Source: Takakia lepidozioides
Taxonomy: Eukaryota > Plantae > Bryophyta
Length of the DNA: 64,000 nt
Reading direction: 5' to 3'
Assembly (NCBI GenBank): GCA_030704615.1
Contig: CM060733.1
Coordinates: 73,594,001-73,658,000, forward strand
Positions 49,783 to 62,589 of this stretch are shown here, in pieces. Below the pieces are notes generated by a model. It had not been told where the DNA came from. It searched no databases and was given only the letters and a program-made list of their open reading frames with translations. The position numbers were made by a program, and so were the translations under genes. Every line of letters starts with the position of its first letter. The stretch's first letter is position 1.

Positions 49783-51477
49783 TTGGAAACTCCACCTGCA
49801 CAATGGGTGGAAGAAAACATTCTCAATCAAGCTGACTTGGATAGGGACTATCCAATGATCAATATGAACATCCCAGATTTACAAAAAAAAATTACAACCA
49901 TGGAGGAGTCTGGCATCCTCATTCACTTTCCAGGGACAAAAGTGGATAGAGCCATTGTTAGAGACTGGGCTATCAAACATCTTGGCGGCCCTGGAGAACT
50001 GCGTCAACAGTTTTGCCATGAGAAGGGTCGAGGTTTCTTTTCAATGCTGTTTGAAACCCAAGAAGCAGCAAACCAGGCCTTGTTTTTCAACCCTCACACA
50101 AAGGGATACAATGTCAACATATTCCCTTGGTCATCCAAGATGAGAAACAGGAATGGTAAACTTTGGGGCCCACGCATTGTCTCTGTCCCTTACATCCCAG
50201 ATCAATATCTGGTTAACTTGGCGGACATTGCGAATCATTTTGGATCATACCTTGGATGTTTGGCAGTATTTGATCCCCAAATGTGTACACAAAACTTAAG
50301 GCAGGACTCAGCATGGAGATCAGTGACTATTGCATCACGCCTTCATGAGACTGGATGTGCCAAGTTCGTGTTGATGATGCCAGATGAGGATGTTCTGCCG
50401 CAATTTGTGAAATTGCCAATAGATGAAGATGGCAATTATTTCACGATTCAGCTCATAGAAGACATTATCTATGCAGCATGCTTCAACTGTGGCCAGCTTG
50501 GCCACTTTAAATTCGGCTGCCCCACAGCCAAACGCAAACGACATCAACCCTTTGTCCCCTTCAACCTTCAGCGGCAGGAACAAGGGGTACCCTCAACAGC
50601 GGATGCGAATCAAAGGCAGGAAATGAGCAACCTCACCGTAGGCTCCATGCTTCCACCAAACGCTCAAGCTGCCCAGGCCCTTCAAAAGGTTCCCAACGAT
50701 CCTCTGCAACTCAGATCCTATCCAAAACATAATACTGCCAAAGGAGATAGCAACAGGGATCCTATGCAGGCAGAATTACTGGCTCATCATCATACGGAGG
50801 GTTTTATTTCCAAAGAGAAGGCAAAGTGGAATGAACATCAACAACTGGTGGCTACCGCAAAAGGAAAGACAAAAGTACAGGATGGACAGCAGCTGAGATC
50901 AGTCAGATTGACACTTCCAACCAGCAACTCCTTTCCTAAAATCACCACCGGCATTGCATTCAACTCCACCTTTGTCAATGCCAGTCTCCAAACCTACTCA
51001 TTCCCTCACCTGGATCTCAAGGGTTGCTCAGCATTGGAGATGGTTGAAATACCAAAGGCTTCTTGCGTCACTCCTCTCATATTCCGGAAAAGTATACCCC
51101 CAGCTATTCTAATCACATCAGATGATTTCGAATGTGTGGAATCACTGTGGATTACTACTGCAGACATCAAACACTTCCTGCAATCAAACCCTCCCAACAA
51201 CAGCCCTGAGATATTGTTCAAATGCAAAATTCAGGAGTTCTTCCACAAGTCGCAGCCCCACTATTCGCTTTCACCATTTACAAAAATCTCGTGGGAAGCA
51301 TATTTGGAGGAACACCCAGGGTTAAGTGTCAAACCTTCAACCCATATTGTTGCCCTTGTAGATGATGCAGAAATCTACTCTGCACCGCCGCCAACAGAGG
51401 CAATTTGGACTTACCAAGAATGGTTGTCTACTCCGGGAGGAAGCCACAGATTGCAAATCCGTAATCAGGACACATAA
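49783..51477 (+). CDS. L1 ORF1 (RRM-like region and CCHC zinc knuckle)
   Basis: KGRGFFSMLF, NVNIFPW, CFNCGQLGHFKFGC; true start uncertain. Confidence 0.75.
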   Translation: METPPAQWVEENILNQADLDRDYPMINMNIPDLQKKITTMEESGILIHFPGTKVDRAIVRDWAIKHLGGPGELRQQFCHEKGRGFFSMLFETQEAANQALFFNPHTKGYNVNIFPWSSKMRNRNGKLWGPRIVSVPYIPDQYLVNLADIANHFGSYLGCLAVFDPQMCTQNLRQDSAWRSVTIASRLHETGCAKFVLMMPDEDVLPQFVKLPIDEDGNYFTIQLIEDIIYAACFNCGQLGHFKFGCPTAKRKRHQPFVPFNLQRQEQGVPSTADANQRQEMSNLTVGSMLPPNAQAAQALQKVPNDPLQLRSYPKHNTAKGDSNRDPMQAELLAHHHTEGFISKEKAKWNEHQQLVATAKGKTKVQDGQQLRSVRLTLPTSNSFPKITTGIAFNSTFVNASLQTYSFPHLDLKGCSALEMVEIPKASCVTPLIFRKSIPPAILITSDDFECVESLWITTADIKHFLQSNPPNNSPEILFKCKIQEFFHKSQPHYSLSPFTKISWEAYLEEHPGLSVKPSTHIVALVDDAEIYSAPPPTEAIWTYQEWLSTPGGSHRLQIRNQDT

Positions 51478-51797
51478 TTCAGTGGATTCCAGCTGCTTGA
51501 AGCTCACCTGGGTTCCGAGGTTGACCACGACAATTACAGAATGGAAATTCAAAGAACCAGGGAGCACATCAACAAGAACAAGCTATTCGGATCCCCAAAC
51601 AAGTCCTCGGACTCTCTGGAGGAATCGACAAACACCTCAACTCAGGAGGAAAGCAGCAACTTCAACCCTGCCGTCAAAAGTCTGCAAATATTGCCTCCAC
51701 CAATACCGGTCTCCACTCAACTCATCTCCCAGGCCAGCTCGCAAGTCACCTCTCCACCAAGGGTTTTAACACCTACCCCTCTACCCTCCCCTATTCA

Positions 51798-54700
51798 GGT
51801 GATCTTAATATGGTTGAAGTCCAGGAGGATAGGCGAGGGGCTGGAACCTTCACCCCAAATCCAGAGGAGATGGACCAATGGTTCAATTGCGCTCAAACAC
51901 ATAGTCTCAAGGAGGTAGCACCTATTTTCGGTCAAGCATCCAATATCACCTTTACATGGACCAACAATAGAACCCTCACCGACCTTAGTATGGCTTGTCT
52001 TGACAGAGCTTACCTTTCCCTCAATTTGGTACAATTCTCTAAAAGAGCCCTGCAGGAACCCATTCCCTTGGGATTTGACCACGCACCAATCACCCTTTCT
52101 ATCTCAATCCCTCATTCATGCCAACGGGGCAGAGGTCTCTACAAGCTGAATAATCTCCTCCTCAAATTACCCTATTTCAAACAGGGTCTTTTGCAGGCTT
52201 GGTCTCAAGCTGGAAACCCAGACCTCAATCCAATTGAGCTTTTCCTGGCCAGGCTAAAAGCGGTCAATACAGAAAGCCAAAAAATGAGCCGAGAATTAGC
52301 ACTCATCCGAAAAAGAAAGGTTAGGGCATTATCTAAATGCCTCAAAGTATGCCAATCTGCTTTGGAATCCAGTTGTTGCGATGAAGATACTTACAAAACT
52401 TATATCCAAGCCAGGAACAATCTTGACATTCACCATAAAATCCAGGAAAGAAAGTGGAAGCTACAGGCGGGGGTTAACTCGTCAACAAAAGGGGAAAAGA
52501 TGACAAAATATTTCTTTGACAAGACCAGATTGAGAAGAGCTTCACAGACCATCTTTGAACTTGTTGCCCAGCCATCCGGGATCTCAAACACAACACCTAA
52601 ATCGATGGCAACCCATGCTGGGGACCATTTCCAACACCTTTTTCACAGTGACAGCATCTCCCTAGATCCTTCTAATGACCAGACAACCTGTCTGATTCAC
52701 ACTCCTACCATGCTTTCTCCCGAATACGCCGTGCAGCTTGAGGGAGACTTCTCTGACCTGGAACTAGAAGAAGCTCTATCTAAGATGCAGAACAACAAAT
52801 CGCTTGGTATAGATGGCATTTCTGTTGAATTTTATAAAGCATTGTGGCCAGAGATTTCAGGGGATTTTACAGCTATGGCCAACCATCTGTTTCAGCAAGG
52901 TCAGATGCCACCTTCAATGGCTCAAGGGGTAATTACATTGCTGTACAAAAAGGGGGACAGAACGAATATTTTGAATTACCGCCCTATAACCCTTCTGAAT
53001 GTCGCCTACAAAATCATTGCCAAGGCTCTCAGCCTTAGACTTCAACCTCTTCTTCCATTCATTATTCGACCCAACCAGACAGGATTTATTAAAGGACGGT
53101 ATATTCTGGACAATCTCCTCCTTGCACAGGAAATCCCGGACTATGCCCTAAGGACCAATCAGGCCATTGCCCTTCTTCTCTTGGATTTTGAAAAGGCTTT
53201 CGATCGGGTGGAATGGTCTTACTTGCTTGCAGCCTTGGTAAAATTTGGCTTCCCTCATTCTTTTTGTAAGTGGGTCAAGATTCTTCTTACTTCTTCATCC
53301 AGTAGGGTTACTATTAATGGCCACTTGTCTTCTTCCTTCCCTCTTCAGCGATCGGTTAGACAGGGATGTCCCCTCTCACCCTTTCTGTTTCTGGTAGTGG
53401 CAGATACCCTTGGGTATATGTTGAAGCAAAACCAATTCATAACAGGCCTTAGAGTCTCAAACTATATAACGGGCCAATACACCTACCTGACTGACTCTAT
53501 GTTCATGGATGACACTATTTTAATGCTGCAAGCAAAGTCAGAAAACTTGGACCAAGCAGGACATACTCTGCGTACCTTTTGCAAAGCCTCGGGATTCAAA
53601 ATTAATTGGAACAAAACTTCATGCTTGCTCGTTGGTGACCTAACGGCTTCCACTATGGGCTCACCACCCTCTTGGGGGGTGGATCAGGGTCTCAGTTGGC
53701 TCCAGCCTGGCGAAACAACCACCTTGTTAGGATATACCTTTGGTATTAACCTCTCAGACCAGCAAATCTTTGCCTCCACATTATCCAAACTAAAGAGAAA
53801 ATTGACCTACTGGGGGTCAAAACATCTCTCTCTCGTTGGTAGAGCCTTAGTGGTGAATCAGATTCATTCAGCTGGTCTATGGTACTATGCCTCCTCATGG
53901 CGCCCTAACTCTAAACAGATGCAAGTAATCAGACGTCTCCTCCGGAACTTCATATGGGGAGCAGAATGCTCCATTCACAACAAGAGACCACAGGTAGCTT
54001 GGATTCAGATCTGTTTACCAAAAAAAAAAAAAAAGGCTGGGGGTGCTGGACCCTGAACTACAGATAGTAGCCCTCCTTGGAAAATGGATACCGCGCTTTC
54101 TTGGACCAGAAGTGCTGGAAATTTTTGGTCTATGACCACATTGCCAATTCCTCGCCACTCAAAAACACCCCTTGGACCCCATCATTGCACTAGATCACTC
54201 AACCTTAAATCTGTGAGCTCCTCTCTATGGTCCAATATCTGGTTGGCCGGGGGAAGGCTCAGAAAACTGCTCACAAAAGCCCAGCCAAGCAACTTCTATG
54301 AAATCAAAAGACAACATCTGTTTCTCAATGACATACCTCTAACTGCTCCTCAGAAAAACCAGGCTATGAGATGGTCCAAATGGGACTGCCTCGGGGTTAG
54401 ACAGATTCATAATATATGGTCGGGAGATAGTCTAATCTCTCAAGAGGCGATGGCCCTGTTTGTGGGGAGGCCCCATGCATCCAAGGGATACCAGGATATT
54501 ATTCAAACTATCCCACCATAGTGGCTGGCCACCTTGGCACTTGACCCTCCGCAGCCAACTCCCAACTCATGGGCTTTAGTCATTCTGCAAAACAAGCTTA
54601 TCATCCTGTTTGTAGATGAACTCAGTCAGAATGATATGTCAGTATACACCTTCTCTATTGACTCCTTCTCTCTTAGGCTTACACTTACAAACCCAAACCC

Positions 54701-55667
54701 AGTTCACTTCAATCTCATGACTCTAACGCCAGTGAGAATCTGCTGCTGGACAGCCCCAGATAAAGCCATGGATCCTATACCACCCCTTACAACCACAACC
54801 AGGTCCCGGCTTCTTTCTAACACCTTTGTATGGATTCTAGGTAGACCTCTCGCAGAGATGGACATTGACCCCCAAGAATGGTCCTAGAAATTCAACAATG
54901 CTCCAGAACCCTTCTTTGCATACACAACTAAGAAGGGATACAAAGCTTTATCTGTGTCTCAACCTATGAACAAGAAATGGGAAGCCAGATGGGGATTGTA
55001 CAAATTCTGTGATGAAAACTGGAAGACTATTTGGGGTTCAGTTTGGATTAAATCTCGCCCTTCAAAGATTGCATCATTTCTATGGCAATTAGTAAATAGG
55101 GTTCTCAAAGTTGGGGAATGGCTACAGTTTCAGGGTTCTGCTTTATGTGCTTGTTGTTCTACTGCAGTAATCAAATCGATAGAACATTGCCTCCTTTCAT
55201 GCCAAGCCCCAGCAAGGATTTGGCCCCATATCAAAGCCTTCTATCAGAACTGGAACCCCTCTTATCTTTCAGACACAATCATTCTCTTAAACTATGATCC
55301 AACCACTAAAAACAAAGCCATTAACTGCCCTGTTTTTGAAACCTTAAGAGCATCAGCTTTGTGGCATCTATGGAAACTAAGGTGCAAGAATACCTTTCTA
55401 GGAGAGACCACTTCCATATCTGCCCTCCTGGCTACTGTAATTCTTGACTTACAAACTGAAGCTAGGAAGGCGTGGGCCAAAATATGTGCAGTCATACAGC
55501 GGGATGCCAGGAACGCGGAGGCCATCCACAGGAACTTTCAGCACACCTGGGGTAGACAGGGGATCATATGCAGCAGCCCTGTGCAGGACCGATGCTACTG
55601 GAACGATCTCCCCCCAGCAGCCTGGCGAGATCTCCGTTCGCCGCTACACTCTTTCCCCCGAATTTGA
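51798..55667 (+). pseudogene. L1 ORF2: partial endonuclease, RT and zf-RVT; frameshifted with stops
   Basis: GDLN...LDRAY...FDHAP; NYRPITLLNVAYKIIAK; QTGFIKGR; LDFEKAFDRV; RQGCPLSP; FMDD; CACC...SIEHCLLSC. Confidence 0.9.
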
Positions 55668-57439
55668 AAGGGACATTAACTGGAAGCATCTGAAGCCCTC
55701 CTCAACAGCTTCCAAGTCGCACTACAGATAGATTGCAATCTCTATCGCGGAGAAGGTCAATGGACTATTTACTCTCATCGCCACTCCTCCCCTGCCCTTT
55801 TCGACAGTCTTAGAAAGTCCAACAAGACACTCGTCTCTCCTAAGCTTCGTTTCAGGTCTAGGGCAGTGTGCACGGTTTTTTGGTCTCCTGGATTAGCCCA
55901 CAGAGTGGCTGTTTGGTTCGTAGAAACAATCTTTGCTCTTTTTGCATTTACTGTAGAGTCAGAAAGGAGTTATTTTCGTATACAGGACTTTATCTCCGTT
56001 CGGAGAGGTTGGCTCGAACTACACTGATCACAGTGTATGTACCTCATGGTGTAACCGGGGTTTTAATTTTTTTCCCCATAAAATAATTTATAATAAATAT
56101 ATCAGGGATATAACCCCCTGTTTGCATACAAAAGAAAAAAAAAAGAAAAAAAAAAAAAAACATTTTCTCTGTCACTGCCAAGTGCACCCCCCCCTAATTG
56201 CACATACAAATCAGCTAGTAGATGTTTTTGGAATTTGGTCCTCCAATTTCAGGAGGAGACCTCTAACCCACCAAGGAATCTGTCTGAGTTGGTCCGGGAC
56301 TGAGCAAAAAAAATTGTGATGATAAATTTCCTTGGTCAAAGTGATTTTTTCTGTCCACATTTGATTGGACTTGATAAATCCACCATGGTAATTCGTTATT
56401 ATCTCCCTAAATTGACGGTCATTTCTTCTGAAATTTGATGAGTAGTTGCGTGGAGTAGGTAAGAACCAGTTAGTACGGTTCAATTCCCTGGATGAACCCA
56501 TGCTGGCATATACGGGGTTATTCATGACAGTGGGTCCCATTTTTGGGTTGTTTCCAATTTGGCTCCCTGCGCTTAAGGGTTAACACAAGTAATAACTAGG
56601 GTAGCCTATGCCGTTGGCCCAAGGGTCCAATGTCATCTAAGTCCAAGTGCAATCTCCTATGTATCCAAGTGCGTCTCCTATGTCGAGGCCCATGTGTGAA
56701 GATTTTTATTTTTATTTTTTATTTTTTATTTTTTTGAAAGGAAAGGGGACGGAGGCCTTTTTAATCAAATTTAAACGAGGAAAAAATAACCTCGAGACCA
56801 TTAGGATACACGGCATTACACGGCATACATGGCATACACGGATGAGTGATAGCAACCTCCGAAATTTTATACATAATGGTCGTAAATGACCAAGAAAATA
56901 CATAGAGAAAAAAAAACCTCTGAACGAGTGCCATAGAGGTTGAACCGGGAGGACTTTGCTTCGGAACCAAAGGTGCAGAGAGCTCTGCAGGGCACTACGG
57001 AAGAAGAAACAGCCAGAGGCTGGTGGAGCCTATGCCGCTGAGGCTGGTGGAGCCAGCGGCATAAGCCTAAAGAATCCAGGAAGGAGAGAAAGCAGGAAAC
57101 CACATGAAAGAAAGCCGAGGCAAAGCTGACGAGACCAAGCCACATACAGCCATGTATATGAACTAAACCAAAAGCAACCACAGAAGGGGCCTGGAGCAGG
57201 AGAAAGAGGGGTGAATCCACACCAGATCCTTCGAAAACTAATGGGGTGAAACGACGGACGTGTCTATTCGACCTACCTTACTAGAAGGTAAACATTCGGC
57301 TTTCAAGATCAAGATGTACTTGCCTGTCATTCAACCTATGATCTATACTGAGCATTCAAACTATGACCTTGATCTCTCTTTGCAATTGATCTCTTCTTTG
57401 GAATTTGTGAATTTCTCTGATGGTTGCATCTATGTGTAG

Positions 57440-57535
57440 GATCTTCTCAACACACATTGGACCCTATGCATTGTGAGAAAAACCTCTGTGAAAACATACT
57501 GAAGACTATCCTTGGAGAAAAAGACACTTTGAAAT
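57440..57535 (+). pseudogene. Small CACTA transposase fragment
   Basis: HTLDPMHCEKNLCENILKTILGEKDTL matches 19984-20065. Confidence 0.75.
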
Positions 57536-58956
57536 CACCTCGAGAGGCACAGCGAGCTACAAAAGCCACAAAGCAAGCTAAATCTAGCAAGAGAAAAGAG
57601 AGACTAACTCAACTGATACTACCAAAAGACAGCTGAGCCCTAGCTTTCCCTTTCCTAAACAATCTACGATGTCTCCAGTTGACCTCAGGCTCCTCGCCTC
57701 CCAGCGAGGAGCGCTTTGAGCTGAGCGAACTACCAGTCTGATGGGAGGTTGTCGCTCCAAGTAATTCTAGAATCCGAATCCCTGACTTTGCCATGATACT
57801 GCCCAATGTGACAATAGGAAAATATCCAGAAACAGGTAACAGAGACGAGGAGAAACTGTGGAATGAATACTTTTCTAACCCCAGTCAATGGTGGGACAGC
57901 TGAGGCAAAAAGGTGAATGCCTATTCGATTACAGAGAATAGTAGACGCTATTCAGCATAGGAACTAGTGTGATAAACTGAGCTGGGTGTTTCCTAGAACA
58001 AATCTACGCTGTCATTGTCAGCTGCTAGCAGCAAGACAAGGATGTATGCATGATTTGTGCAGAGGCAGTGATAGCTGAAGGAGCAGGGATAGAGTGTGGG
58101 CCTGCATGGGTAGATGGTCAACTGGAAGCCGCAGCTACACCGGCACAGTTGATAAAATCAGGCACCTCAACCGTGACCACAGCTTCTGGAAGAGGATCAA
58201 GAGAGGGAGTCAACAATGCCTCTTCTGGCACTTCTGGGCATGTGAAGATGCTTTGTGAGGCAGGCAGACTGAAGAGGCTCTACAGACTTTAAACCAAGGA
58301 GGCATTTCAGCATATTCAGATACGTATGTCGCGCACCTCACTTTGGTAAGCTCCCATTCAAGTCATAGTTACTCGCTTTGATGCGCGCGCCTAACTCCCA
58401 ACCTGGCCGCCGGGCCAACTCGTAGCTTCGGCTGCTCACCGGGACATAACGGTCCCCCTTTACTCTTCCAAAAGACCCTCCACCGATTTGGGGGGGGGCT
58501 GCTATTTCATGAGCCATGAGCCATGAGCGGCATGAGCCATGAGCAGAGTCATAAGTGTCGTAAAAAACATGAGTAGGACTATTTTCCATAAATGAGTGTC
58601 CGCGGGAATAGGGTTTAGGGTGTCACGGTCATAGGGGGAGAAGGACCTCCCAATGAAGGAGGTTCGGCAATGTTTCTTAGAATTACATATTGAAAGACAA
58701 TGTTTCGCGAATGGTAGGGTGGTACTGCTCTGTACAATGGGGGCCCATTTCAGCCTACCAGCCACTTGCAAAATCCACCCACACTCCCAATCCCAAACGA
58801 AATGAGGAATGATGCATTCTGGGAACGATGGATACAGAATAGAAAAAAAAGACGGCACTATGGGGTTTTTATTGATCCACATGAATTGCATTTGAAGCAC
58901 GTTTACTGTGCTGATTGTGCAAACAAATCTTTAGCCCTGTGCCTTCTGAATAGAAG

Positions 58957-59262
58957 TCACGTTGTTAATGGGACTTCGACTGCTCTGAGAACTAGCTCAT
59001 GAGTCATCGGGCTCCTCCAGGTAAACTGGATTGCAGCCGTTGTACCGCCCCTGTTGATGTTCACCACAATGTCGTGCCCTTCAACCATACCACCATCGAA
59101 TATGGAAAGCTTCACGTTTTTGTCGTCCACACCAATGCGAATGTCCCCATACAATGGAGAAGAGGAGCGCACTCCTTCAGGAGTATACGTCTCTCCGATG
59201 GAGTCCACCTACGTCCACTGGCAGTAGTTCCACCGCAACAGCATAGCAGCCTCTTTCTCATC
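58957..59262 (-). pseudogene. Cargo gene B copy with internal deletion
   Basis: MRK joined directly to the AML..WN.C.WT region; C-terminus nearly identical to 18200-18463. Confidence 0.75.
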
Positions 59263-59402
59263 CACGGGGTATAGTTTGAAATCAGCCACCGAAGTCCATC
59301 CCCCGGATGGAAATTCGGCGCCGCATTTACATCGAAGGGGGGATGGACTTCGTCGTCTCGAGTGGCTATAGGCCCACCTGGCACTTACTGCCCATAGTTT
59401 GC

Positions 59403-60187
59403 ATGGCAGGGAAGGAAACTGAAACGGCTACATTCATGGAGCAGCCAATCTTCATCCGTGCAGGTTCCTGTAGGGGGGGAATTTAAATGTGCCCTGGAGT
59501 GTTTATGAGGAATTGCAGCGTTTGCTTGAACTTCTTCCAGCCACCGTGCTGCTGCCTCCTCCATCCGAGAGCTACTGTCATTGAGCGTACTCCGCTACTC
59601 TTTTTCAAGGATGTCGTGTCGTCGAAATCCTGCTGACTGCCCTTATCATGGCCACGATTATGCTATGTTCAAACCAGAATCGGGAGACATCATTGTCTGG
59701 CTCTCTATTTTCACAGACGCTTCTGGAATCAAGCGGGAGTCTTTGCGCGCAATGGAGTATTTGGAGGGCTATTACCGCTTTGAGCGAGGTGAGGGCGAGG
59801 GTCAATGCGGTCCGTGGGTCCTGAAAATTGTTGACCTCAATATACCAAGGTGGAATGGGATGTCGGACAGATCACGCACGGCCTCACTTTGGCGCTGGAA
59901 CTGCTGCCAGTGGACCAGGGAGGACGGCACCGGGGAAAACTATATTTGTGGAGTTCACTCCGCTCTTCCAATGTATAGAGACATTTCGGCTGAGTTGCAA
60001 AGACGAATTGCACGGGCACATGAGGCCCACAGTGACCTTGTCAATGTATGATGGTGGTATGATTGATGGGCATGACATTGTCATCAGCTCCACCAAGGGC
60101 ACCAGATCGACCACATTGCAGTTTACCTCGAGGTGCCGCATCAGTAATGAGCTTATTTTGAGGGCTATGGAAGTTCCGTCGACTTAG
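59403..60187 (+). pseudogene. Cargo gene A copy (frameshifted)
   Basis: ORFs 59581-60051 and 59828-60187 near-identical to gene A. Confidence 0.72.
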
Positions 60188-60465
60188 TGACGCCCATGTA
60201 GAAGGAGGAAGGGCTTAGATTTGTCTGGAGTTGCTAAATGTGAGACACCGTGTTCGATCAATAAAACAACCCATCGTACCTCACTTCTGTGTGCTTGTGT
60301 TTCATTGTGTTCAAGAACTTCCGTAATTGGCCCACTGTTTACAATTTGTGGTCTCATTTCTACAATGTGTCTGTCCATATGAATATACCAGAGTCAGCGA
60401 TATCAGAGTCCTGAGGTGAAAGAAATCCATGTATGAGTAAAAGGAAACATGTATATGCCGAAGCT

Positions 60466-61505
60466 CGGAAATTCGGCACCGCATTTCATTTTTCTCCATG
60501 CAACGATTTCTGGCAGCTCCCTTTCCTCCGTTGTGGTCGTAACGGAAATGTTGTACCGCATTTCATTTCTTGACATGGCATTACCATACTTCGAAATGGA
60601 AATGCGGCACCGCATTTCCATATTGGACCTTGAATTGTCCAAGCATGTCCAATCGCTAATGCTTGTCCATGTCCAAACTGGAAATGCGGCACCGCATTTC
60701 CATGTCCGTCATCAAAATTTCGTACTGGACAATGGAATGCGGCACCACATTTCCGGAGAGCACAATGGAATGTGGTGCCGCATTTCCGTCGAAGGGTCTG
60801 GAATTGGACAAACAACGATGTCCGTTCTGAAAATGCGGCACCGCATTTCCAGGTCCGTCATCAAAATTTCGTATTGGACAATGGAATGGGGTGCCGCATT
60901 TCCGTCCAACAAGACGGAATGCCCACACGGGTCTGGAATTGGACAAACAACGATGTCTGTTTTGGAAATGCGGCGCCGCATTTCCATGCTTGGCAATCGA
61001 AAGTTCTTATTGGACAATGTAATGCGGTGCCACATTTCCGTCAAAGGGTATGGAATTGGAGAAACAATGATGTCCGTTTTGGAAATGCGGCGCCGCATTT
61101 CCATGTACGTCATCGAAATTCTTATTGGACAATGGAATGCGGTGCCGCATTCTCGTCTAGCATCATGGAATGGGGAGCCGCATTTCCGTCGATGGGTCTG
61201 CAGTTGGAAAAACGTCCATCTCCAAAATGTAAATGCGGCATCGCATTTCCATGTTCGACCTCCGCATGCGGGGTGGCATATCCATTTACCTCCATGGAAG
61301 GAGCTGGCAATCGGCAAAACTGCCGTGTCGAAAACGGAAATGCGGCACCGCATTTCCGTTCGGCAGAACAGTTTCTGATGTCCAAACCATGAAACGGAAA
61401 ATTGTTCTTGCCCCGGTTTTGGAAATGCGGTGCCGCATTTCCAAAGGAGGTTTTTGTAGTTGCCACATTTCCGTTCCGACATGGAAATGCGGTGCCGCAT
61501 TTCCA
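60466..61505. repeat. Dispersed palindrome array (about 17 copies of GGAAATGCGGNNCCGCATTTCC)
   Basis: Positional equivalent of 15832-16520; partly duplicated spacers. Confidence 0.9.
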
Positions 61506-61640
61506 ATTTTGGGAGGGACGTGGTTTGGACGATGTTGTTGTTGAGAAGCACATGGGAGAGGGGACGTGAAGGACGGGGAGAATTTCCTTTATATACTCTG
61601 GAAGAGAATTTAAATGTACAGAGAGTTCATTAAAATTCTA

Positions 61641-62240
61641 TTAATCTTGAAAATCATCACTATCGTCGTCCTGTCCTTGACTGTCCTGCTCCGCCTCCAC
61701 CCCGTTATTGCCTTTCTCATCTCCAGCGGACTGCTCGTTGGCCAGGCTTTCGAAAATCCCATCTTCCCCTTGCGGAACCGACCATCTCACCTCCGTTGGG
61801 TCGTCGTCCTCCCTGTCTGCATCGCTCTCATCCGCTGAATCACATATGAACTTTCGCACCTGTCTACCTGTCTTAGCTGTTGCCAACTCTTTCCTTATCC
61901 TTCTGTCCTCCCTAGCCCTCTCCAAAATCTGCTCTACTTTACTGGGATTCTCACATCGTCTAATCGCTATATTTGCGAATTTAGCTGCATAACTAGGAAG
62001 GGAGTAGTCTTTCACCGGGCTCGTCATGAAGTCGGCCCTCGTAAAGAACGGACATTTTTCCTGGCAGGAAGTGTAGGCCCTACATGTTTCGACCCGGATC
62101 CTGGAATGCATGCAATCTCCTCCTGTAGACGCATCTGCTTCCTCCCCTTCGGCATTGGCCTACGTCCTAAGTAAAATTTTCGGAGCTTGCGACGATGTCT
62201 CTTCTCTGGTGCACACACTCCCTCCCTCTCAGGTTCGAGC
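61641..62240 (-). pseudogene. Deleted ParB-MTase gene remnant: first exon fused to last exon
   Basis: RRKLRKFYLGRRPMPKGRKQMRLQEEI (copy 1 RRKLKALYYGRRPISRMAKLKLQQEI) runs directly into the PFF.RADFM.SP...Y.LP.YAA last-exon sequence near 62105. Confidence 0.72.
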
Positions 62241-62589
62241 ATAAGAAGAATAGAGACAAGGAAAAGGGGCAAAGAGTGCAGATGGAAAGGGCGCGAGAGG
62301 GGTCACTGAGTAGACACGACAAAAGAAGATGAAACGGCGGTGATGCACCACTTGGGTTCGAAAGGCTTGGACGAAAGTGTCTCCTCGTGGACTATGCATC
62401 ATTACAAAATTTGAATCATCAAGGGTACGCATACCGTCCGAAAAACAAACATCATTATCCAACGGTCAGGCCGCACCGCCTCCTGCCACTTCAGTCAGAT
62501 AAAGTGCAGACATGTGCCGCAATTCCGTTGGTCCACGTGTTCACATATCATGGCATTTCCGTCCCAGCGTCTGATGAGTTAGAGTGAAA

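Larger units (their letters stand above)
49400..56160 (+). mobile_element. L1/Tx1-like LINE with ORF1, ORF2 and poly(A) tail; 5' boundary approximate
   Basis: ORF1 zinc knuckle, ORF2 RT and zf-RVT, AATAAA at ~56092, A-rich tail 56129-56160. Confidence 0.88.

Noticed and set aside
15230-62105. Copies 2 and 3 as giant TIRs of one 47-kb element carrying SPHK1
   Set aside because: The terminal motifs sit at the inner edges facing each other, which fits two independent insertions in opposite orientation.
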